A DNA stretch of 61,396 nucleotides, counting the filler. It is 3 parts of 3 records of this genome, joined end to end, with 100 filler letters (N's around TTAATTAATTAA, not from the genome) between each part and the next. Parts side by side here need not be neighbours in the genome. Positions count along the whole stretch, not along the records: positions 25,841 to 41,530 come from SRR20825019_3130; positions 41,631 to 61,396 come from SRR20825019_3132; 1 more part is not named here. One strand, 5' to 3'. The stretch's first letter is position 1, and each line of letters starts with the position of its first letter. Below are positions 34,700 through 43,676 of the stretch, in pieces. The notes beneath the pieces are model-generated. The model was not told the DNA's origin. It saw only the letters and a program-made list of their open reading frames with translations, and made no database searches. Made by a program: the position numbers and the translations under genes.

Positions 34700-35310
34700 C
34701 GCGGCGCGCTCAAGGCCCCGGCCCGGCCTCCGGCCCGGCCCGGCCCGGTGGCGGCCGGCCAACGCCGGCCGGGCGGTCGGCCCCGCCGGTCCGGTCAGTG
34801 CGAGCGACGGTCAAGCCTCCGGCTCCACTGGCCAGGCCGGGCAGCTCCGGCTCGCCTCGGCCGTCTCAGCCTCCCGGCTCCGGGCTCCGGCTCCCGTCCG
34901 GCTCCCCGGTCCGACTCACCGCTCACCGCACGTCCGCGCGGCATCGCCGCCTCGGCCGTGTCCCCGGCCCAGCGGTGAGTCCCGCCGGGCCTCCGGCGGG
35001 TCGCCGCGCCGGTGGGTGCCCGCGGCCCGGCGCGGCGGCCCCGGCCGAGGCTCGCCGGCTCGCTCAGAGCCGGCCGCCCGCCGCCTCACTCAGTCACGCG
35101 AGGCCGGCCGGCCGGGCGCGCCGGCCGGCGGGGCTGCGCCGTCCACCGGCACGGGTCCGGGCACCGTACGGGCGGGGCCGGGGAGCGGGAGGAGGCCGGG
35201 GGGGCCCGACCGATGGTCAGTCCCGGGCCGCTTTAGTTGGCCGTGCTGCTATCTCATCTGAGAGGCCCAGGCCACGGTCACGGCCCGCCTCGGGCCGGCT
35301 GCGGGCGAGA
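34700..35310. promoter_or_regulatory. GC/CCGG-rich intergenic island upstream of the longin-like gene
   Basis: Very high GC with tandem CCGG/GGCC words, ending ~130 nt before ATG 35437. Confidence 0.5.
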
Positions 35311-35436
35311 GAGGCACCGCAACCACATATATTCAGTTGGTAATATTTCTACCATCACCGAACGGCTGCACTTTCATTGGCCGAGGGCCAAGCACCGTGG
35401 CCGAGGTCAAGACCGCGACTTCACTGTTATGCCAAG

Positions 35437-36543
35437 ATGCTTCGAAACCTGCTCATCATCGCCGACTCGGGGCTGGTACTGTTCTCCAAAGATTTTGTTA
35501 ACTCTATTGACCAGGTATGTGGCGTGCCATAAGCGTGCTTTTTATTCGAGAGAGGTACTTATCGCGAAACCAGCCTCGGCTAGTGGGTTCGTTGTTCACT
35601 GCGGTCGGTCGGTTCTCCGCATCGCATACCGGACTTCCGGTTTCCTACATAGAGTTCGAAAAGGGTATGCTGAGGGTCGTTTTGGCGCAGGTCTTGGACG
35701 TTCTAATGCAGTTTCAGTTGCTGTCAGCATATCAAAAAACGAAGAAAGCAGAGTCACCTGCGTTCTATTCCACGACGTCGAAGATGTGGGTATCTGCCAT
35801 TCTAATATTCATGTTTGGATCCTAATTGAGTTTGAACAGGAGGAAGAGTTCGGCGGTATAATAGCTTCTGAGCTTTTGCGAACATTTATTGAAGACTACA
35901 AGACAGAGCTGCCGACACAAGCAGCCGTTTATCTCAAGAAATTCCAAGCATTTCATTCTAGAATGGGTGACGCCATCAAAGGATGTTTGCGCGCAGTATT
36001 AGAGAAGTGTAGGTTGGGGAGGTTGAAGAGTGTCGAGCTTCGGCTGACGTCTTAGTGCAAGTGCAACAGCAACGAGGGGTAAAGGATGCCATTTTGGTGT
36101 CCGACACTACAGTAACGACTACAGAGAGGTCTGGTGAAATCGATCGACTTGCACTGGTTGCAAACTTGAAAGCTGTGGTGCTTCTTTCGAAGGGGTTGCT
36201 CAATGTCGTATCGGATTATCCAGTTGTAGTGGAAATGAAGGATGGGAGGTGAGGCACCAATATGTTCAACAAGTTGTGATTTACTCTTCTTTTTTTCTCT
36301 TTTGTGTAGGACCGGGGTATCGGTATATGGGGTAGAGGGAGTTCGCCTGGTGGTGGTCACAGGCAAGTCAGTTGATGACAAGATCATCCAGGGGGCAGTG
36401 CAGAACGCACTCAAACTGCTCAGGAAAGGTATGGTTGCAGATGATTTGTCCACCCTGATCTTAAACTTTCGTGTGCAGTAATGCAGCTACAATCCAAGCT
36501 ACAAGGTCAAAAGATGGATGCCCTCTCGATGTATCAGCTCTGA
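35437..36543 (+). CDS. 260-aa protein with putative longin-like N-domain and roadblock-like C-domain, 7 exons
   Basis: Six GT-AG introns (35515-35573, 35665-35717, 35786-35839, 36009-36055, 36249-36309, 36429-36478) yield 783 nt in one frame: MLRNLLIIADSGLVLFSKDF...QPRLVGSLFTAVGRFS...PVSYIEFEKVAVSISK...TCVLFHD. Fold call is from the residue pattern only. Confidence 0.75.
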
Positions 36544-36587
36544 TTTTGTAAAATCTAAAGTACTATCCATGCGTTGCATTCCGGTGC

Positions 36588-38372
36588 CTAGCCGCTCATG
36601 GATACTGACGCAGCATCAGAAATGGACAAGTCTTTCGCCAGTGCCTTCTCCTGTAGCTTATACCGCAGCTTTCTCCAAAAGATCCACCCTCGGGTAATCG
36701 CCCTCTTTCCATCAACACTCCTTCCCTTCAGCTTCGCTACAATCACCTGCAGGCCAAGGAGCCAAGTCACCAGCCTCGACTCGTCTGGCGCAATCAGGTC
36801 CAGCGTCTCACCACTTGAGAATACCAGGGAGAAACTTAGCCAAGTTGGAAGCGACAAGCTCCTTTTTGCCAGAATCTGTGACATTGTTTTTGCACCATAC
36901 ACGATCCGTGACACGCCAGCCAAGGACAATGACTTTCTGTCCTTGCCAGAACCGTCCGTCTTCTTATGCCAATGGATCTCCTTGAGATTTTGTGTAATGA
37001 AAACCCATCGCAACCCAGGAGGGCGATGCAGCCCCTTCACACGTTTTCGCTTGCATTTGAACATTAGGCAGCCCAGCTTCAGAGCCTCGAAGTATCTTTC
37101 TCGGACATCCTTCTTCCCCCGAGCGATTAGTTCATGAATTTCCTTCAAGCGGGCACTCTCAGCACGCTCGAACTCAAGGGCCCCATCAACGACGACTTTC
37201 TGCAATGCTTCTAATTTCGCGACGAGTTTCCCATTTTCTTCTTCCAAAATCTTCATTCGGTTCTCCGCGTTGCTGGCGCGCTCAACTGCATCATCAGCGA
37301 GACTCTTCAAGTCTCTCATCTCACTCTCATGCCCCTCAATGACGCTTTTCATCTCCTCCTTATAACTCTTCTCCACTCGCGAGGCTTCCTCGGTGACTTC
37401 TTCCACTTTCGCTACCATGATATCCAGCTCCTCTGCATGCTCTTCTTTCTCCTGAGACAGTCTGCTTTCTACTTCAGCGACCATGTGGTACATCTCCCCA
37501 CGCACTGTCTCAATTCTTGCCTCTTCTTGTTGTTTTTTGATTTCAGCATCGGCAACAGACTCCCCGCTCCCAGTAAGATCTGTCTGGCATTCAAAGTCTA
37601 CACCGGGGCGGCATGCAATGTACTCCTTCCCATCAGGAGTATCATGAGTCCCTACACCAACGTCTGCCGTTTCAACAGCCGGAAGGTCGTCTTCTTCAAC
37701 TTCAACATCACTAATGTACGAAGGCTCTCCATTCAGGCCTTCCGACATCTCCACGCTCACATCATTTTCATAGCACTGGATTCCTTCCTCTTGAAATCTT
37801 TCCCGTTCCATACGATCAATGATGCCCATTCTATTCTGGAGTTCTAGCAAAAACTGTAGCCGGTGGGCGTAAACCTCTTCAATATCTTCTGAAGGTGCAG
37901 TGGACTCATTGCCCGCACCCATCTCACCACTAGCACTGGCTCTGAGAGCATTCTCAACGGCCTCTATCTTGGACACCAAGCCCTCTGTAGCTAAGCCAAT
38001 CCTCCCACGAACTACATCAGAGGTGGGCGTCGGGCCTCGACTTTGTAGGTACCTCATCTTTTCAACCAGGGCAGCAGAAGGTGTTTCGGGACGCCCGCCA
38101 GCCCACCCTCCAGGCGGGGGTGAGAGCCGCGAAAAAGTAGATGCAAATGACAAGGGAGTTCCCGAATATGAAGGGGGTGTTACAAGGGAATCATAAGTGC
38201 CTTTTCCAGTCTTCTTCTTTTTGCCTCCTTTCTTTTTCGGGCTAGATGGCCGAGTTTTGTTGCCCTTTTGGGGAGAGGATATCGACGACGTCCCGGCAAT
38301 CGTCGTTTTCTTTTTCCTATTGGGAGATGTTTTGGCATGCAAAAGGTGCACGTCTAATTTGTCTGGCGCCAT
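36588..38372 (-). CDS. Coiled-coil protein with C-terminal PLC-delta-type PH domain (apparently intronless)
   Basis: Glu-rich heptad region, then LKLGCLMFK...EIHW...IVYG...SFSLVF...TLDLIAPDESRLVTWLLGLQ. Confidence 0.75.
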   Translation of the reverse strand: MAPDKLDVHLLHAKTSPNRKKKTTIAGTSSISSPQKGNKTRPSSPKKKGGKKKKTGKGTYDSLVTPPSYSGTPLSFASTFSRLSPPPGGWAGGRPETPSAALVEKMRYLQSRGPTPTSDVVRGRIGLATEGLVSKIEAVENALRASASGEMGAGNESTAPSEDIEEVYAHRLQFLLELQNRMGIIDRMERERFQEEGIQCYENDVSVEMSEGLNGEPSYISDVEVEEDDLPAVETADVGVGTHDTPDGKEYIACRPGVDFECQTDLTGSGESVADAEIKKQQEEARIETVRGEMYHMVAEVESRLSQEKEEHAEELDIMVAKVEEVTEEASRVEKSYKEEMKSVIEGHESEMRDLKSLADDAVERASNAENRMKILEEENGKLVAKLEALQKVVVDGALEFERAESARLKEIHELIARGKKDVRERYFEALKLGCLMFKCKRKRVKGLHRPPGLRWVFITQNLKEIHWHKKTDGSGKDRKSLSLAGVSRIVYGAKTMSQILAKRSLSLPTWLSFSLVFSSGETLDLIAPDESRLVTWLLGLQVIVAKLKGRSVDGKRAITRGWIFWRKLRYKLQEKALAKDLSISDAASVSMSG

Positions 38373-38559
38373 ATTGGCGGTATATCAACGTCCAAAACCG
38401 AAATATATATTTCTCAAAGACGTGGTTCTGCGTGATCTCTGACACGCTGCACTAGGCAGTACCTAACTAGACGGTCAGTGCTCTGACGAGCGGAAACTTT
38501 CCGCGCCGAGTATCAACTTTCAGGCCCACTGAGTGACCCATGGGGCGACTCGACTAGTG

Positions 38560-39310
38560 CTGACCAGACTGCGGTACCGGGTCATGGCTCGGGCCTGGCG
38601 GGGCTGGGTTCACATACTCCACTGGTTGAGCGTACGAGGAGACCGGGAAACTGGCAGCGATGCAGTGCGAAGCCGGCCCCCGCGTGCGTCCGGTCCGGCG
38701 CGCGGCCCAGCGGCCACTGGCGGGGACCGGCTGACCGTCGCGGCCCGGCGGGGGCCCGGCCCGATACGTCTCCCCGCCGGGAGCGGCTCCGCGGGGGCGC
38801 CGGGCGTGCCGTGAATGCCGAGCGCTCGCAAGGCCGTGGCCGGCACCGGCGGCCGGGGGGCCCAGTCTGTACCGTACTCAGTACGGTGCAGGACGGGGCC
38901 CGGGCGGTGCCCCGGCCGACTTGGCCGGCGAGGCTGGGCGCAGAGGCGGCCCAAAGACTGAGTGCGCGGTGAGCGGCACCGATGACCACGATGCCAGGCA
39001 TCGCCAGATCTCCCGAGTCCGGCTACCCGCTCGGTTGATCCCGTCTCCGATCGGATCCGGCTTTCCCATCAATTGGGCCCTCCTCGAGTGAACTTGAACG
39101 GCTCAAATTGCAGCGGGCCGGGGCGCGGACCCACACCCCCGGCCGTGAGCCGGACTGCACCCAACCGGCGCATTCATTACCCAACGAGCCCGACGCGCCC
39201 GCGGGCCCGGGGCCCCCGCCGGCCGGGCGCGCCGGCCGGGCCGGGCACAACCAAACTGTTGGTGACTGATGATGAGGTATCTGCGGACGGCGGGCCCCAC
39301 CCCGTGTGAC
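38560..39310. promoter_or_regulatory. GC/CCGG-rich intergenic island between divergent genes
   Basis: Same word composition as the other islands. Lies between starts at 38372(-) and 39466(+). Confidence 0.5.
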
Positions 39311-39465
39311 ACCAGCACTGCCTGCGCAGTGGCTGCCTGCGTGGACCCCGTGTTGCCGTCAAGTCGTCGCATCTCAATGGAGTTACACCTTTGCGCAACA
39401 TTAGTAATAGATAAGCAAAGGGATGTCGTCAGGTACTATTTGGTATTCAGAACTGTGCGAAGGAG

Positions 39466-40641
39466 ATGGGAGGGACAGCATCGAAGCTGGAACGTACCAA
39501 CTTGTACCGAACTCTTTATGGAAAACCCCCTCCGCCTCCCAAACATGTCCAAGACTCTTTTGACGATAGACCAGTACGTACTCCCCGTGAGATTGCGGCT
39601 GCAGCACTGGCGACCGCTATGGCATATGGAGCGGGGAGACACCTGTGCAAGTTATTGTTCACAAGATTCACCACTGGGTACCAACGGCTGAGCTCTCAAA
39701 GCCAGTTACGAGTAGAATTATTTGTGTTGTCAACTGTCAACGCCTGTCTCACAACTGGATTTGCCTCGTGGAAGGTATGTGTGGCGGGAAGCTACCTGTC
39801 AAGACTTGACACAGCATTTCAGATTTTCTATTGTCACCATGACGATCCACGTGGAAATGTAGAATCATTTGTAGCTCTCGGTGGTTATTTGCTGCACGAC
39901 TTGTTCTCCTTGCTGCCAGTGTGGAGAGAGTATAGGTACAGGAAATGGTGGTAGTCTCGTTGGCAGGTTGCAGAAGTAACATTTACCTTGTAGGGCCGAT
40001 GTTGTGCATCACGTGCTGGGGCTGGGAATAGTCACTACCGCCCTAAAACGTCCCCACATGTGCAAGGTAGTTGTAATACTTTGCAGATTTGTTTCTTGAT
40101 CCTGACTCACTATCAGTTCGGGCCGAGGTTCATGATCTGCGAGCTGTCGACGATTTTTTTGAATGTGATGTGGTTGTTGCGCAAGTTTAAGGCTGACAAT
40201 GGTCGTATATACAAAGCATGTGCTCTCCTGTTCGCAACTTCTTTCATAGTCTTGAGAAATATCAATTTGCCCATTCAGAACCACGCTTATAGGAAGCAGT
40301 ATGAAGGTAAGTAGCGTCAATAATTTTCTCTCTTTGTTCTTTTGCGGCCCAAGGTTGTGGTGTTGATTGGTTGCATTGTGGCTCGGAGACTTTGGAGTAG
40401 AATGGTATACGTCATGAGAGGGCGGAGTTTGTTGAGTATAAGTCGAAGCTCGGAGGTCGCCATTGTGGATACTCTTGATTACCCCAAGTTCCGCTCAGGT
40501 TCTAAGGCTGTTGTCTCAGACTATGCTTCATTGCCCCCACGGTTCCATCATACAATGTCTGCTGTGGCAGTGCTACAGTATTATTGGGCGGCAAAGATCC
40601 TCCTCATGGTTTTTGGTGGGAACAACGGGAAGCAACAGTAG
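39466..40641 (+). CDS. TLC (TRAM/LAG1/CLN8) domain membrane protein, 5 exons
   Basis: Introns at 39775-39822, 39936-39993, 40067-40116 and 40307-~40519. Spliced product has GYLLHDL, VVHHVL, CELSTIFLNVMW, FATSFIVLR, LQYYWAAKI. Confidence 0.8.
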
Positions 40642-41431
40642 TGATCGAGTCTCAGCCTGATGACGCAAGCGGGCCCGGGCTTCTGATCGCGAGTCATCAT
40701 GGTTGAGCTGGTCACAACGTTACTACTCTACTGGCCAGTGCCGTTGTGACTGCGACACCGGCACTGTCCCGTCCACACTGTCGTGGCCGCCGGCAGATCG
40801 GAATTGCGTGACCGGACTGACCGCGACCCCGTCAGTGGTCGTGGAAACTGTGCGAAATTTGCGATTCTGCGAGTCGCTTTCTTGTTGACTTCTCCGAGCC
40901 GTGGCGGGTACGAAAAGATCATTCCGAAGCCAATACATCCCCACATCCACCAATAAAATGAGAGCGAAGGTGGGTTTGATTGCCTCGGAGTTGAACCATC
41001 CCTTAATTACAAAGACGTCTTGGCTGATCTGGCAACCGCGTCTATCGGGCCGAACAGTCCAATTCGCGTGTACTTTCAAGGTCATTGGTGGCTCTTGGGA
41101 TCCTGGCCCCCAATGGCATTTCTGTTGGCACGACAGGGCAACCGCAGCCACTGAATGACTCCCTCATCACTCCGGTTGACCGCAGCCGCAGCCCACTGCG
41201 TCACTCCGGCTCAGTCTGCTCCGCCGGGGTGATACTGCTCGTGTGTGGAGTCTTTCACCATGAGGATTGGCCCCAAGGATCCGGTCTTCATCCAGCGCCG
41301 TTCCCTGTCAGTACCACCCACACCTTTCCCTCGCCCCCCCACTCGCCCTCAGCCCATCTCACTCCATGGGCAGACGGGTGGGCAGTTCACGGAAATCTAT
41401 TAGTAATGGGGCAGTCACTGGTCAAACTGAG

Positions 41432-41530
41432 TTATGTTTTAACAAAATGTGCAACAACACCATCAAATCTATTAATGGCCCAAACCAAGTTCTCACCCTT
41501 GACAACATTCAGAACCTCGGTGAGGTCGAG
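41432..41530 (-). CDS. Possible last exon of a gene truncated by the contig end
   Basis: Open frame from the contig edge: LDLTEVLNVVKGENLVWAINRFDGVVAHFVKT*. Protein-like but only 32 aa. Confidence 0.25.
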   Translation of the reverse strand, partial: LDLTEVLNVVKGENLVWAINRFDGVVAHFVKT

Positions 41531-41630
41531 NNNNNNNNNNNNNNNNNNNNNNNNNNNNNNNNNNNNNNNNNNNNTTAATTAATTAANNNNNNNNNNNNNN
41601 NNNNNNNNNNNNNNNNNNNNNNNNNNNNNN
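41531..41630. other. Artificial contig-joining spacer
   Basis: 44 N + TTAATTAATTAA + 44 N, identical to the first spacer. Confidence 0.98.
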
Positions 41631-42967
41631 GCCTCGTCATCTCCTTTTTCAGAAAGTTTAAGTTGATCTTCAAACCGCTCGCGTTGATCAATAGGGTCGT
41701 TCAGCTCGGAATAGGCATTGGCCAATTCCTTGCCGTTCACCATCAACTCAAAACGCTCGGTAAGCCTGGGGTTGGAGCGGTGCTCTTTGGTCAGCGGGCT
41801 CATTTCCTTAGGATAATCGATGATAAAGGTGGGTTGAATGTAGTGGTGCTCACATTTTTCACCAAAAATCTCATCTATCAATTTACCGATGCCCATCGTT
41901 TCATCCACTTCAATATCCAATTTCTTGGCCACTTCGCGGAGTTCGTCCTCTTCCATATCGGCCACATCGTAACCTGTATGAATTTTAATGGCTTCCAAAA
42001 TCGGAACCCTAGGGTAAGGTGCCTTGAATTCTATTTCGTGATCGCCTACCTTCACTTTGGAGCTTCCAGTGGCATCAATGGCCACTTTTTCCAATAATTC
42101 TTCGGTGGTGTCCATCATCCAGTTGTAGTCCTTGTAGGCGACATAAAGTTCCATTACGGTAAACTCTGGATTATGGGTACGGTCCATTCCTTCGTTACGG
42201 AAATCCTTGGCAAACTCGTAAACCCCATCAAATCCACCTACAATCAGTCTTTTTAGATAAAGTTCGTTGGCGATCCGTAGGTACAAAGGCACGTTCAATG
42301 CATTGTGATGCGTTAAGAACGGACGTGCCGCAGCTCCACCGGGGATAGGTTGTAAAATGGGGGTTTCCACTTCCATATATCCTTTTTGGTTGTAGAATTC
42401 CCGTATGCTCGTCGTGATTTTTGTTCTTTTGATGAAGGTGTCCTTAACGTGTGGGTTCACTACCAAATCCACGTACCGTTGACGGTACCGTAGCTCTGGA
42501 TCATTGAAAGCATCGTATACTTTTCCTTCATCGTTTACCTTTGGTAAGGGCAATGGTCTTAAACTTTTGCTCAATAATGAGAAGTTTTTTACCATCACAG
42601 TTTTTTCCCCTACTTGAGTCTTGAACAATTCTCCTTCAATACCGATGATGTCCCCGATGTCCAACAATTTTTTGTACACATCGTTGTACAAGGTTTTATC
42701 ATCATCCGGGCAAATTTCATCACGGTTAAAGTAGACCTGGATTCGTCCTTCGCTGTCCTGAAGTTCAGCAAAAGAAGCTTTTCCTTGAATTCTTCGTGAC
42801 ATCAATCTACCGGAAATAACCACTTTCTTTCCTTCTTCAAAATCATTCTTGATGCTCTTGGAAGTGGCATCAATAGGATACAATGCTGCGGGATATGGGT
42901 TGATGCCCATTTCCCTGAGTTTGGTCAATTTTTCCCTTCGAACGATCTCTTGTTCCGATAGTTGCAT
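41631..42967 (-). CDS. lysS: Lysine--tRNA ligase (3'-truncated by contig end)
   Basis: RYRQRYVDL, YLRIANELYLKRL, FRNEGMDRTHNPEF, ELANAYSELNDP. Confidence 0.97.
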
Positions 42968-42983
42968 AGTCTGTAAAAAATTT

Positions 42984-43011
42984 AAAGCGCAAAATTACAC
43001 TTTTGCGCTTT
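42984..43011 (-). terminator. Hairpin after the thioredoxin-like gene, containing a Bacteroidota -7 element for lysS
   Basis: AAAGCGCAAAA-TTACAC-TTTTGCGCTTT inverted repeat. On the minus strand it is followed by a T-run and contains TAATTTTG. Confidence 0.6.
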
Positions 43012-43033
43012 TAAATCCTTGCGTTGGCCCAAC

Positions 43034-43576
43034 TTAATATGCATAATTGGGCACATAGTCCTTTTGGAAAACAATTTGGGCAATGTCTTCTTCCAAAGTT
43101 TCCAGGGGACTTTCCACAATCCGGTTGACTTCTTTTCCATCTTTAAAAAAGATGATGGTGGGTACTTTGATAATGTTCAATCCTTTTTCTTCGCCTGTGG
43201 GACTGGTTTTATAGTGTTCCTTACGATAGTCCAGTGCTATGATTTCCAATTGCTCCATCGGAAAATCCGCGGCTTCCAGAATTTTGATGAACTTGGGACT
43301 TTCCCGTTTGCTGTCGCCACACCAAGTGCCCAAGAAAAGTTTGATGTTGTACCCCGCCAGTTTTTCCTTGAAAAGGGCAACCATCGTTTCGTCGGGGAGG
43401 TAGTTTTCATATCGGTCTTGGAACCAGTTGCTGTAAGGTTGTGACCGTAATCCATCCAGGTTGATTTGTCCCACTAAAAACTGTAGGCCGTTTTCTGTTT
43501 TGATTTCTTTGTTGAATTCTTGTGCCCAAGCTCCGAAAGTAAAAAGCAAAAGAAGTGTTACCAAAAGTTGTTTCAT
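43034..43576 (-). CDS. Secreted thioredoxin-like protein (WCGDS, single-Cys motif)
   Basis: Signal peptide, FLGTWCGDS, cis-Pro motif KVPTIIF, EVNRIVESP. Confidence 0.85.
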   Translation of the reverse strand: MKQLLVTLLLLFTFGAWAQEFNKEIKTENGLQFLVGQINLDGLRSQPYSNWFQDRYENYLPDETMVALFKEKLAGYNIKLFLGTWCGDSKRESPKFIKILEAADFPMEQLEIIALDYRKEHYKTSPTGEEKGLNIIKVPTIIFFKDGKEVNRIVESPLETLEEDIAQIVFQKDYVPNYAY

Positions 43577-43676
43577 GATTTTACGTGATTTATGGTTTGA
43601 TGGCCAAATTCACCAAAATATGTGATGGACGTAGGTTGCGGACGTTGGATATTGGTACTAGACCGGGGGTTGAATT

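Noticed and set aside
27600..38372. RAB3GAP2, longin-like and PH genes as a functional trafficking cluster
   Set aside because: Three loosely related genes in 11 kb of a gene-dense eukaryote can co-occur by chance, and no synteny evidence is available.
38483..38508. CTGACGAG + stem (CGGAA-ACT-TTCCG) resembling a hammerhead ribozyme core
   Set aside because: The stem is followed by CGCCG instead of the required CGAAA, and stems I and III are not evident.
31921..39310. GC islands as CRISPR arrays, satellites or copies of one transposon
   Set aside because: There is no fixed-length repeat/spacer period, no long shared sequence between islands, and no terminal repeats or cas/transposase genes; only short words are shared.
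25841..41530. Eukaryotic genes horizontally inserted into a bacterial genome
   Set aside because: The segment is bounded by artificial spacers and its genes retain spliceosomal introns.
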